The notes under the pieces were generated by a model. That model was not told where the DNA came from and did no database searches. It worked only from the letters and a program-made list of their open reading frames with translations. Positions 9,819 to 19,298 of a stretch of 64,000 nt of DNA are shown here, piece by piece. The DNA lies in the NCBI GenBank assembly GCA_017161655.1, contig JADFCV010000002.1:218778-282777 (forward strand), in the 5' to 3' direction. The DNA comes from Candidatus Sumerlaeota bacterium. Its GTDB lineage: Bacteria > Sumerlaeota > Sumerlaeia > Sumerlaeales > Sumerlaeaceae. Both the position numbers and the translations under genes were made by a program. Every line of letters starts with the position of its first letter. Position 1 is the stretch's first letter.

Positions 9819-11282
9819 ATGATACTCTTGGATCGTACAAGTCGCGTGAAGAAGCACATTATTATTTTAATGTTTGCTGTCCTGAGCGCAGTTTCCCTCT
9901 TTGGTCAGTATTCCTCCACAGAGGAAACTAGCTCCAGCCCCCAGGCAGTCCTCATGCAGAGTCATTCGGATTCTGGACCGCAGCAAACGTCAGAAAACAC
10001 CTCATCAGATTCTGCAGGCCATCATGCAGTTCTCGTCGAAGAGGTCCTTCTGGCACTCATTCTGATTCTCCTCGCAGCAAAAGTTGGGGGCGATATCTTT
10101 GAACGTTTCGGCCAGCCAGCTGTGTTGGGCGAATTAATTTTTGGCATACTCATTGGGAACGCGGCAATTTTGCCCCTCGGTGGACTTGAAACTGCAATCT
10201 CATCGGTTGTGCACGATCCACATGTCGACACATTTCTCACCTTGCTCGCAGAAGTGGGAGTGGTGATCCTTCTTTTCGAGGTCGGTCTTGAATCCACAGT
10301 TGGCGAGATGTTGTCGGTCGGTCCGTCCTCGCTTCTAGTGGCTTTCTTGGGAGTTGTCGCTCCAGTAGCCCTTGGTTTCATTGTCGGCGAGATTTTTCTG
10401 CCAGAAGAACCTTGGACAGTGCACTTATTTCTGGGTGCTGTTCTTGCTGCGACAAGTGTCGGGATCACCGCGCGCGTGCTCTCTGATCTGGGCAAAACCC
10501 ATCTTCGCGAAGCCAAGATCATATTAGGTGCTGCCGTCATAGACGACGTGCTGGGGCTCATCACTCTGGCCGCCGTACAGGGGATCATCACAGCAACCAC
10601 TTCCGGTGGAAGCGTAAGTATCGCATCAATTGTCTGGATCGTCGTTAAGGCATTCCTGTTTTTTCTCGGGGCGATCGTTCTCGGACGTTTTATTTCCCGC
10701 TACTTTTACAAATTGGCGGCCTGTCTTCGTGGCAAAGGGATCCTGCTGACCTTGACCTTGGTCTGGTGTTTCGGCATTGCTTTTCTAGCCTCGAAATTGG
10801 GCCTGGCGCCCATTGTTGGCGCTTTTGCTGCAGGGTTAGTTCTGGAAGAAGCGACATTTGTAGATTGGCAGGGTCGAGAGAAGCCTTTGGAGTCGCTGCT
10901 TCGACCTGTCGCAGATTTCCTAGTCCCTGTGTTTTTCGTGCACATGGGCATGAAGGTTCAGCTTTCGGTTTTCGGAGAATTTAGTGTACTCGGCTTTGCT
11001 GCTGCCCTCACTTTTGCAGCGATAGTTGGCAAGCAGGTTTGTTCGCTGGGCGTCTTAGAAAAGGGTGTTGGTCGTTTCGTTGTCGGCTTGGGGATGATTC
11101 CCCGAGGAGAGGTAGGGCTGATCGTTGCAAGCATTGGGGCGGCGATGCGCACTGGCCAGGGGCACCCCGTCATTACGCAAGCCACCTTCTCTGCCACGGT
11201 CATCATGGTCGTCGTGACCACCATGCTCACCCCACCACTCTTGAAATGGGCCCTTGCACGCCTGGAAAAGAAAGGCTCTTGA
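9819..11282 (+). CDS. Cation:proton antiporter (CPA2/Kef-NhaP type) with N-terminal signal peptide and Ser-rich segment
   Basis: 487 aa, polytopic. Sodium/hydrogen-exchanger family motifs GELIFGILIGN and ATSVGITARVL. N-terminal MFAVLSAVSLFGQ, then a Ser/Thr-rich stretch of about 50 aa. Confidence 0.75.
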   Translation: MILLDRTSRVKKHIIILMFAVLSAVSLFGQYSSTEETSSSPQAVLMQSHSDSGPQQTSENTSSDSAGHHAVLVEEVLLALILILLAAKVGGDIFERFGQPAVLGELIFGILIGNAAILPLGGLETAISSVVHDPHVDTFLTLLAEVGVVILLFEVGLESTVGEMLSVGPSSLLVAFLGVVAPVALGFIVGEIFLPEEPWTVHLFLGAVLAATSVGITARVLSDLGKTHLREAKIILGAAVIDDVLGLITLAAVQGIITATTSGGSVSIASIVWIVVKAFLFFLGAIVLGRFISRYFYKLAACLRGKGILLTLTLVWCFGIAFLASKLGLAPIVGAFAAGLVLEEATFVDWQGREKPLESLLRPVADFLVPVFFVHMGMKVQLSVFGEFSVLGFAAALTFAAIVGKQVCSLGVLEKGVGRFVVGLGMIPRGEVGLIVASIGAAMRTGQGHPVITQATFSATVIMVVVTTMLTPPLLKWALARLEKKGS

Positions 11283-11338
11283 ACCAGAACGGCCGAGTAG
11301 AGGCCTGCCAATCACATCTCGCGTCGGTAGCAGATGGC

Positions 11339-12106
11339 TCAGCTTTTGTTTGCCGAGTAAATCTCTTTCAACCCAATCAGCGTTAAATCCTCGTTTTGTT
11401 CCTTCACAATGTGCGAACGGCTAGTGACCGATGATGCTAGACCACCTGTGGCAATAGTTTTCGTCTCGTAACCGAGTTCTTTCCAAATCTCCTCGATAAG
11501 CCTATCGACGGCCCCCGCCAATCCATGAAGCAATCCCGAGCGAATGCTCTCGACGGTAGTTCGGCCGATCGCATGATGGGGCTCGTGTGGTGCCACACGC
11601 GGCAAGCGGGCGGTTCTCCTTGCTAAAGCCTCTGCCGATAATTCTATTCCCGGCAAGATTGCTCCCCCCAGATACTCCTGGTCTTTGCTTACGACATCCA
11701 GCGTTACGGCAGTGCCAACATCCACGGCGATGATCGGTGCTCCATAGAGTTGCACACTAGCAACAGCATTAGCCAACCGGTCGACGCCCACCTCTTGGGG
11801 TTTTGCATATTTGTTGGCCACTGGCATGGGGGTGGCATGAGTCACGTGAAAGACCGGGGCATGGCAGTTTTGGCGCAGCGCACTGTCTATGACATCGGAC
11901 AGGACCGGAACCACGCTTCCAACCACAGCAGCCTCAATTCTATCTGAGCCGCCCTGGGCACGGGATAACAACATCTCGATGAAAACGCCATATTCGTCCG
12001 CCGTCCGTCTGGTGTCGGAGGCAAGACGCCATCGGCCGCAAATTTTGTCTCCCTCAAACAAACCAATAACGACGTTTGTGTTTCCGATATCCGCCACTAA
12101 GAGCAT
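11339..12106 (-). CDS. coaX: Type III pantothenate kinase
   Basis: 255 aa. MLLVADIGNTNVVIGLF is the signature start of CoaX, and the gene sits downstream of birA as in many genomes. Confidence 0.85.
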   Translation of the reverse strand: MLLVADIGNTNVVIGLFEGDKICGRWRLASDTRRTADEYGVFIEMLLSRAQGGSDRIEAAVVGSVVPVLSDVIDSALRQNCHAPVFHVTHATPMPVANKYAKPQEVGVDRLANAVASVQLYGAPIIAVDVGTAVTLDVVSKDQEYLGGAILPGIELSAEALARRTARLPRVAPHEPHHAIGRTTVESIRSGLLHGLAGAVDRLIEEIWKELGYETKTIATGGLASSVTSRSHIVKEQNEDLTLIGLKEIYSANKS

Positions 12107-12114
12107 GTTTCCCC

Positions 12115-13005
12115 TCAGTCTCTCCGCTCCGCACTTGGATCTGTCGGATGGTCAATTTCGTCCGTCCGGAGTTCGATGATGTCACCACTCAAAATTTGTC
12201 GTATAAGACCAGAGTCTGTTCGCACCAGCAAGCCGTTTTCGGATGACACACCCAACGCCACACCCTCGACGCGCTCGTTGGGAAGCATGATGCGAACGTG
12301 GCGCCCAATGGTTGTGCACAATTCATTCATCTTCTTGGTCAGGTGGTCCAAAGATCGGGACTTCCACCAACTCTCAAGTCGCCTTAAGACGTTCGCTAAA
12401 AGTGCCCAGCGATCGACCTCTCTTCCAACTTGTTCCGCTATAGATGTAGGTTTTACAGGTGCTGCGTCAGGCAGCTCGTGGCTTCTCTGATTGACGTTTA
12501 TTCCTATGCCAATCACATAAGCATCGGGAAACTTTGGCGAGCGCTCCACCAGAATTCCTGCGCACTTATGCCCGTGAATGACAACATCGTTTGGGTATTT
12601 GATTGTTGCTTCGAGTCCTGTTGCCTCGCGAATCGCTTCTGCAGTGCTAACTGGTCCAGCCATCATCACGAACTGGATCTGATCGACTCGGTTAACGAAA
12701 ACAGATTCTGGCGGAGCTGCCAAAACTAGCGACATGAGGATGGCCTTGCCTCGCGGAGCCAACCATGAACGCTCATTTCGCCCTTTGCCCGCAGTTTGGT
12801 AATCGGCAACAGCAAGGGTCCCATCAACTCCCTGCGGCGAACCGGCTGACTCCACAAATCTCATGAGCCACCGCGAAGTGGAATCTATCTCATCAAAAAA
12901 ATAGAACCGCCTCACCAAAGCGATGCTTTCCAGATAGCCAGCCAGTACCAGGGCGTCTTCCGGAGCTTCTGGCAGTTCCCCTATCTCGTCGTCCCACCAG
13001 CTCAT
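12115..13005 (-). CDS. birA: Biotin--[acetyl-CoA-carboxylase] ligase
   Basis: GKGRNERSWLAPRGKAILMSLVL (biotin-binding GRGRxGRxW-like motif). Its start ATGA overlaps the atpG stop by 4 nt. Confidence 0.8.
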   Translation of the reverse strand: MSWWDDEIGELPEAPEDALVLAGYLESIALVRRFYFFDEIDSTSRWLMRFVESAGSPQGVDGTLAVADYQTAGKGRNERSWLAPRGKAILMSLVLAAPPESVFVNRVDQIQFVMMAGPVSTAEAIREATGLEATIKYPNDVVIHGHKCAGILVERSPKFPDAYVIGIGINVNQRSHELPDAAPVKPTSIAEQVGREVDRWALLANVLRRLESWWKSRSLDHLTKKMNELCTTIGRHVRIMLPNERVEGVALGVSSENGLLVRTDSGLIRQILSGDIIELRTDEIDHPTDPSAERRD

Positions 13006-13874
13006 GCTTTCAGAGCTTCTGCGCCACTAACGATCTCAATAATCTCCTTGGTAATGGCCGCTTGGCGCGCCTTGTTCATCTTCAGCGTGAGCTTCTCGGT
13101 CAGTTCTTCACAATTACGCGTAGCGCCGCTCATCGCGATCATCCGGGCACTATGTTCAGCCGTAAACGTCTCCGCCAGAGTAATGTAGATTCGGTTGCTC
13201 ACGAAGCGAGGGAGAAGGGCTACTAAAACAGCTGATGGACTGGGCTCGAGTAAGAACTCCTGGCTACCACGAATCGGCAATGCCTCAGCTGATGCTTTAA
13301 TATCCGATCCAAGGGGCAACAAAACTTCAAATTCAGACCGATAAACAAGGGTCGAGACGAATTTGTTGTAGAGCAGGACAACTTCGTCGCAGTCCGCCGC
13401 AAGAAATGCTTCCACAAGCAGGCCGCCTATCTCTTGGGCTCGCGCGATAGAAAGCTTCGCCCCCAAATCCGGCACAGCGTGTCTGATGGAAACCTTCTTC
13501 GTTTTGAAATAATCGTAGCCTTTTTTCCCTACGCACACGAGTTCCACTGGCACGGTGCTCTCGCGCAGATAGGCCTCTGCCCGCTTAATAATTTGCGCAT
13601 TAAACGCCCCGGCCAGACCTCGGTCTGCCGTGAAGACAACCAACAATCGTTTGCTCACGGGTCTGCTTTCCAGAAGTGGATGAGCGACCGATCCACTTGC
13701 TGCCAGTCGCGAAAGCAAGTCTTTCAATTTCGCTGCGTAAGGTCTTCCAGCCATGAGCGCGGCTTGAGCACGTCGAAGCTTCGCTGCGCTCACCATTTCC
13801 ATCGCCCGCGTGATCTGCTTCGTGTTACGGATACTCCTCAACCGCCGCCGGAGCGCTTTCACATTCTCTGCCAT
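13002..13874 (-). CDS. atpG: F1 ATP synthase gamma subunit
   Basis: 290 aa. MAENVKALRRRLRSIRNTKQITRAMEMVSAAKLRRAQ is the canonical gamma N-terminus. The C-terminal helix is AITKEIIEIVSGAEALKA. Confidence 0.9.
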   Translation of the reverse strand: MAENVKALRRRLRSIRNTKQITRAMEMVSAAKLRRAQAALMAGRPYAAKLKDLLSRLAASGSVAHPLLESRPVSKRLLVVFTADRGLAGAFNAQIIKRAEAYLRESTVPVELVCVGKKGYDYFKTKKVSIRHAVPDLGAKLSIARAQEIGGLLVEAFLAADCDEVVLLYNKFVSTLVYRSEFEVLLPLGSDIKASAEALPIRGSQEFLLEPSPSAVLVALLPRFVSNRIYITLAETFTAEHSARMIAMSGATRNCEELTEKLTLKMNKARQAAITKEIIEIVSGAEALKA

Positions 13875-13980
13875 CGGTTTTTGTCCTTACATGCCCATTG
13901 ATTTAGCATCGGCCTTTAGCATAGATGCAGCAAAATCGAACTGCTTAGCGAACGCAAAACAATACCAACCCAGGCCACAA

Positions 13981-16047
13981 TCATTTATCCTGACGACCCA
14001 GCTCAGACGGGTCAAAAAGAGTGACGCCACTAGCCTTCCGATCGGGCGCGCAGCGCCGAATCGCTATCACTGTTCGGCAGAAAAACGGCATGGCCGGTCT
14101 TTGAAAGTGCACACCCAATGCAGGAGCTGCAACGCGCACAGAAAATTTCGGACTCATCCATCCTTGTAGGGGTGCCTGTTCCCCCAGGTAAGTTATCGCT
14201 TCTCCGCAGGGTTCCCATTCAAGCAAACACTCGAACAATTTCCCCTGCCACGTGGCGTGGCCATCCTTAACGGAAAGCTCTCCGGGAGCGAAATGCCACC
14301 ACAGGGTGATCTTGTTCGGCCTGATTGCTAAAGGCATTTCAGCGAAAACCTCATCCCACACCACGTACTTATCTTCAAAATCGGTGCTAATTGTCCGCCG
14401 GTGACGCCAGGGCGTATAGCCATCGTGGCTCGCGGCGCATTCTGCCCTTCCACCAAGTGTCCAGCATTCGAGGCGTGTTTTTGCCACCCGTCCCCACAAG
14501 AACGGCCCGCGCATTTCGGATTGGTCTCGCTCGTCAACTTCGAGTGTATTGTGAGCGCGTGTTGAACGAAACCAATTTCGCCAGACGCGCTGCCCGTGGT
14601 AGCAATAAGTTCCCGGATCAATGAGAATTTGCTCGCCTGCACCGTCGATCGTTATGGATAGAGCGTCGGCGTGGGCATGGGCGTAGAGTGGGCCATAACC
14701 ATGAGGACCAAAATCGGCGACTAATTTGGTTTCCTTCCCCTTCAGAACCAGTATGCCCGATGGTTGAAAAAGTTCAGCGTGAGACGACGATGTTTCCTGC
14801 GGAACAGAGTCCTTTGGAGGACTCATCATCGCAACTTTCGATGCAACTTGATCGCCTGTGTCAATCGACCAAATCCACCGTGCCAGACGGACAGCCAAAG
14901 GCTGTTCCGCATAGTGATAATTAGCGGAGTTGCCACAAAAGCAGCGGAGGATTTGTGGCCAATGACTAGCTTTGATTTCTAATCCCAGCGGCAGAATTCT
15001 CGCATCGTCGCTATCTCCCAGGGCTGGGAAAGGACATCCTTCGTTTTGAATCATCTCCAGAAAATGTGCTGATGCACCCCACCTTTGAAGCCAGGTTGAG
15101 GGAAGTCCAACGTTGGCGTGGCGTCGCACGGCTGCTGCGCAAAAGCTCCATTCCAGATCTTCGAGAAGATATGCCACACTTAGCTCGACGCAGGCGCCAT
15201 CGGGGGTAACTTGGCGGGGAAATTCCCCATCCATCATTCTGCCCCCTAAATCCCCAAACTTATGCGCTGTTCTAGAGAAACGCCAACAGCGGCCGGCGAT
15301 CTCCATGCCGACAGCCTCACCAAGGAGATGGTTGTTGGAAGATGAATAAAGGCTCCTGAAACGGTGACAAAAATCAGCAGCTACGGCGACGTATTGAGCA
15401 ACACATTGAAGCTCCGCATCAGTAAACACACGCAGAGGCTCAATCAAGGCTAAAGCCCAAGTCCAATTCACGATCCGGACGGCCTGTTCCAACCCTGACG
15501 TCCAATGCACACCGTGGTAGGGGGGATTAGCCTTAACAAAACTAATTATATCTTCGATAACAGTGCGTGCTACCTCTCGGTCAGTCAACAAACGCGCTGC
15601 AATAGCCCGCGGGACCAACCAAGGCATCCGCCCCAACTCCCAAACGTACTTCACCTCCCCAAGATTTTCCTGATGTCGAAAATCTATCGAGAACGCGTTT
15701 TCAGTTGCTGGCCAGGTTTTTCCAGTGACGGGGTCCGTGAACCAATTGATTGGTGTGCCGAAATCTCGTTCAGGAAGACCGAGCAACGCGAATGCGTTCC
15801 GCTTCTGCCCTTTTGCGAGCTGTGCTATGCGAGCAAATTCCTCTGCTGCCTCTTCGACGAGCCTGGGCGACGGCGCCTTAATTCGGAAGCTAAATGCTGA
15901 CTCTAAGGGTTGCCGAATCTGAAATAGTTTTCGCGGGGGACCAAACAATGAAAGTAGCCAAACATCAACTTTCTGCCTGGCACGATAAACGATCTCGGCA
16001 GGCGGCATGGCACGAAGTCGGTGATAGTACCACGTGAATCGCTTCAT
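13981..16047 (-). CDS. Heparinase II/III-like protein (polysaccharide lyase-like; common in EPS/O-antigen loci)
   Basis: 688 aa. The C-terminal region HGYGPLYAHAHADALSITIDGAGEQILIDPGTYCYHG...STRAHNTLEVDE matches the Hepar_II_III pattern (HgH.D.lsf...D.G...Y....HNT). Confidence 0.65.
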   Translation of the reverse strand: MKRFTWYYHRLRAMPPAEIVYRARQKVDVWLLSLFGPPRKLFQIRQPLESAFSFRIKAPSPRLVEEAAEEFARIAQLAKGQKRNAFALLGLPERDFGTPINWFTDPVTGKTWPATENAFSIDFRHQENLGEVKYVWELGRMPWLVPRAIAARLLTDREVARTVIEDIISFVKANPPYHGVHWTSGLEQAVRIVNWTWALALIEPLRVFTDAELQCVAQYVAVAADFCHRFRSLYSSSNNHLLGEAVGMEIAGRCWRFSRTAHKFGDLGGRMMDGEFPRQVTPDGACVELSVAYLLEDLEWSFCAAAVRRHANVGLPSTWLQRWGASAHFLEMIQNEGCPFPALGDSDDARILPLGLEIKASHWPQILRCFCGNSANYHYAEQPLAVRLARWIWSIDTGDQVASKVAMMSPPKDSVPQETSSSHAELFQPSGILVLKGKETKLVADFGPHGYGPLYAHAHADALSITIDGAGEQILIDPGTYCYHGQRVWRNWFRSTRAHNTLEVDERDQSEMRGPFLWGRVAKTRLECWTLGGRAECAASHDGYTPWRHRRTISTDFEDKYVVWDEVFAEMPLAIRPNKITLWWHFAPGELSVKDGHATWQGKLFECLLEWEPCGEAITYLGEQAPLQGWMSPKFSVRVAAPALGVHFQRPAMPFFCRTVIAIRRCAPDRKASGVTLFDPSELGRQDK

Positions 16048-17564
16048 AGTGCCACGGGGGAGGGTACAGCAGGATCACCAATCTTGATATGTCCAACCCA
16101 TCCGAAATGCGGCTCGAAACCAAATCGATTCCAGGGCAACTCATCAAAGGAGGCAGACCAAGTGGGAGTGTTTGACACAACTTGAATCTGTTCAGGTGCA
16201 ATTTCAGTCAGTCGCCACCGGATCTCGTTATCGAAGGCGCGACAGACTATAGGCACAAGTCGGTAGTCAAATCCCATAATTCGGGTGGCGACCGCGTCCG
16301 CAAGTACAGGGTTACGAGAGCCAATGATGAGACCACATGGCTTGTCTGAAGGGGCAAGCGGTCCATTCTTTTCGCCCCCAACAAGCCCGTCAATAACAGT
16401 TAAATAGTTACGCTGAATCGTGTTTTGCATAATCCCATTCTTGTCCGCGTAGAATAGGATCCGTTTTAGGTCCAGGCATGTTCGCCATATCGTATCATTA
16501 CCCCACCAATTTCCCGATCGGATCCGTCCCGCATTTGTGTCGCCAAACACGAGTTTTCCAAAAGATTTGAGCGGCCGAGCTACGACTCCTTTCAACGGCC
16601 CAAGATGGGGGAAGTATTCTTTGAACAGCTCCACCACTCTTTTTTCCACGCGATTTTTCATGTCATTACGATCGAATTGATCTCCCCCGTCTGCTGGGAT
16701 TCCCTCTGTGTGGTGGGGCAACCAGTTTTTGTTGCCGTTGATACCGATCATATTTTTTAACGAAAGGGTAACCCCAGCTTTTTTGTGCGTTTTCAGCTTT
16801 GGCAAATTGATCAAAACATCCGCGGCCAAAATTGTCCGACAGAGAGGATATTCATGCTTGCCGGGAGCATGATGCTCCTGCATCTCCGCTAAAGAATACT
16901 CTGCTCCCCGAAACTGTGCGGCTTTGAAGCTTACCGGTTCAAACAGAGAGTCGCTCTTGAGATCAACAGCAGCATATCCTAGAGGATCCCCCGGCAGTGC
17001 TTCGTGTCGAACGAGCACTCCATCAACTTTGTGAACATAGGCCAGTCTCAGATCGTAAACCTCTATGTCTAATCCGGTCTCTCTGCGATAAAACTCCCTT
17101 ATTTCTGGGATCCCCGAGATTCTAAGGATTTCAGAGAAAACAGCGTCATTTTGTGGTGAATCCGCAATTATGACACGTCCTTTGCCTTGCAGCCCCAGAT
17201 AAACATAGTCCAGAACCGCGCGAATGACAGAGCCATGAGTGATGAGGCTTTGACAGTCGATTCCGAAATCATGGAAATTTCTTACCCAATTAGGCTTCAA
17301 TAGGACGGTTTGCCCCGGAGATAGAATCTGCCCGAGAGGATTCCAGTTTGGGGTGCCAAATCGTGAGCTATCAAGCTCGAGTATGCGAAACAGTTCGCGT
17401 ACGGCCGAGTAGGCATAGTTTGGCTCCGAGCTAATGGCAGTGCCACTAAACGGATATTCAGGGAAATGCTCACTAGGATGAAACGGTGGGACTTCGGGGT
17501 ACTTCGGCTCTGTTTCCACCACTCCCACTTTTGTGCAGTACAAAATTTCTTTTTCCAACCACAT
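16044..17564 (-). CDS. DUF362-like protein (function unknown)
   Basis: 506 aa. LINLPKLKTHKKAGVTLSLKNMIGINGNK resembles the DUF362 core (K.H...g.t.alKN..G). Its stop overlaps the start of the heparinase-like gene by 4 nt. Confidence 0.4.
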   Translation of the reverse strand: MWLEKEILYCTKVGVVETEPKYPEVPPFHPSEHFPEYPFSGTAISSEPNYAYSAVRELFRILELDSSRFGTPNWNPLGQILSPGQTVLLKPNWVRNFHDFGIDCQSLITHGSVIRAVLDYVYLGLQGKGRVIIADSPQNDAVFSEILRISGIPEIREFYRRETGLDIEVYDLRLAYVHKVDGVLVRHEALPGDPLGYAAVDLKSDSLFEPVSFKAAQFRGAEYSLAEMQEHHAPGKHEYPLCRTILAADVLINLPKLKTHKKAGVTLSLKNMIGINGNKNWLPHHTEGIPADGGDQFDRNDMKNRVEKRVVELFKEYFPHLGPLKGVVARPLKSFGKLVFGDTNAGRIRSGNWWGNDTIWRTCLDLKRILFYADKNGIMQNTIQRNYLTVIDGLVGGEKNGPLAPSDKPCGLIIGSRNPVLADAVATRIMGFDYRLVPIVCRAFDNEIRWRLTEIAPEQIQVVSNTPTWSASFDELPWNRFGFEPHFGWVGHIKIGDPAVPSPVAL

Positions 17565-17588
17565 CGGTCTGACGTTCCCTAATCTACT

Positions 17589-18971
17589 TTATGATGGCGT
17601 CATGTGCGATATTTCTGGGAAAGCATCACCAGAATTTATCTTAGATAGGACAGCGACAAACTTCCCTCGGCCGGTTCGGGGGATATTTGCCACTCGCTCG
17701 ACAGAAATTTCTATGCCCGGTCCCAGGCGTTCTCTTGCGTTTCGTTTGATGATATCAGCATCGGCCTCGGAGAATTCCTGGTCAGGAACCACGAGTATCC
17801 GAACACAATCGAGAGTTTCCTGAACGATTTGACTCTCTACCACGTGCTTGACCCCTTTAAAAATGTGATCCAACCGCCCGACGGCACGTCCGTCCGGGGT
17901 CCACACATAAGATTCTTTTCGTCCTTGGATCGCGTCGATAATTCGAAATTCTCTTCCACACGGACATCTATCTTCTGCGGAAAGACGTACGGTATCGCCC
18001 GTACGATAACGCAACAGAATGAAGCTCTTATTGAATAGGGGAGTCCCAACCACTTCGAACTCGTTGTCCCCAGTTGGGACGTATTCAACGATTGCGTAAT
18101 CGGGGAATTCGTGGTAGCGACCATGTTCACAGGAACCCAAAGCAGCAGTTCTTTCAGTGTTCCCATAAAGATCAAAGATTCGGCACTGAAAAACCCTTTC
18201 GATAGTCTCGCGTTGGTATTCCAAAACCGTCTCTGAAGAAGTGAACACTCCTTTTACCGGAAATGGAGCCATCCCGAGATCCTCAAACGCTCGAGCAATC
18301 AAGTAGACAGAGGAAGGATACCCTTCGATCGCCGCTGGGGCAAACTGCCGAATCACCTCTACGTAAATGGGCAGCGTAGCCGCCGAAAGATGATAAGAAC
18401 TCATCAAGAGTTGGTTATCGGCAGGGCTGAAAAGCCAGTAAGGCGGTTCTGATTGCGTTGTGGGGACAATAAGTTCTCCTCGGAGTGTTACTCGTGGTTC
18501 TCCCATTTCATATCCGGACCAACGCCACTGGCGCCAGATCATCGCATGTTCATAATTGATAGAATAAATGTCGCGAAAACACACCAGCGGAGTCCCCGTT
18601 GTTCCCGACGAATAGGCTCTTCGTATCAGCCACTTCTTTGCCCGCTTGCTGAGAAACTGCTCGGGTGCTTTGCGAAGTGTCTCCTTATCCAGCAGTGGCA
18701 CTGCCTCAAGTACTTCGCGTGGGTTGCTACGCTCGGGATCCAATCTCAGTTCTTTGAACAAGCGCTCGTAGTACGGCACGAAGCGACAAGCTTCGATCAG
18801 AATTTCCTGGAGACGCTGTTCCTGCCATTCTCGGAGCTGTTGTGCCGTCCATTTTTGGTGATCTTCCATTTCTGCAAGAAGTCTTCTAAATGTATGTCCT
18901 TCTCGCAGAAAACGGTTGATGTATCCAGACCACACACGAGGATGTGCCCATTTCACCTGGAACTTACGCAT
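17589..18971 (-). CDS. Phenylacetate-CoA ligase family adenylate-forming enzyme (CapK / coenzyme F390 synthetase-like)
   Basis: 460 aa with YSSGTTGTPLV (AMP-binding core) and an N-terminal region typical of the CapK/PaaK-like family found in capsule loci. Confidence 0.75.
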   Translation of the reverse strand: MRKFQVKWAHPRVWSGYINRFLREGHTFRRLLAEMEDHQKWTAQQLREWQEQRLQEILIEACRFVPYYERLFKELRLDPERSNPREVLEAVPLLDKETLRKAPEQFLSKRAKKWLIRRAYSSGTTGTPLVCFRDIYSINYEHAMIWRQWRWSGYEMGEPRVTLRGELIVPTTQSEPPYWLFSPADNQLLMSSYHLSAATLPIYVEVIRQFAPAAIEGYPSSVYLIARAFEDLGMAPFPVKGVFTSSETVLEYQRETIERVFQCRIFDLYGNTERTAALGSCEHGRYHEFPDYAIVEYVPTGDNEFEVVGTPLFNKSFILLRYRTGDTVRLSAEDRCPCGREFRIIDAIQGRKESYVWTPDGRAVGRLDHIFKGVKHVVESQIVQETLDCVRILVVPDQEFSEADADIIKRNARERLGPGIEISVERVANIPRTGRGKFVAVLSKINSGDAFPEISHMTPS

Positions 18972-19298
18972 ACCAGAAATATCCTACGCACGGAATACTT
19001 CAATGCAAGGTTCTCTAGCGGGCTTACGGCCATTCTCTTTTTTAGAATTTAGCTGAGATCTTCTGTTTGTAGGGCTAGAGAGAAAGTTGCCGGGAGGAGG
19101 CGATGTACTGTCGAGGCCGAGGCGGCAGTCAGCGAAGAGGGGAGAGTACAGACTTCAGCCGGGGACGTCGGACCGACGTAGTCTCTGAGAACCGGTGCGG
19201 TGCTGAGACCAGTAAGTGAAGCAATGGTTGCCAATGATCTAATCCTTGACGATGCCTACATGTGGACAGAAGACAAAAAACTTTCGCCGAATACAGAA

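Noticed and set aside
10022-10600. 192-aa minus-strand ORF
   Set aside because: It is antisense and internal to the CPA2 antiporter gene. The composition is Arg/Ser/Thr/Pro-rich, typical of a wrong-frame ORF.
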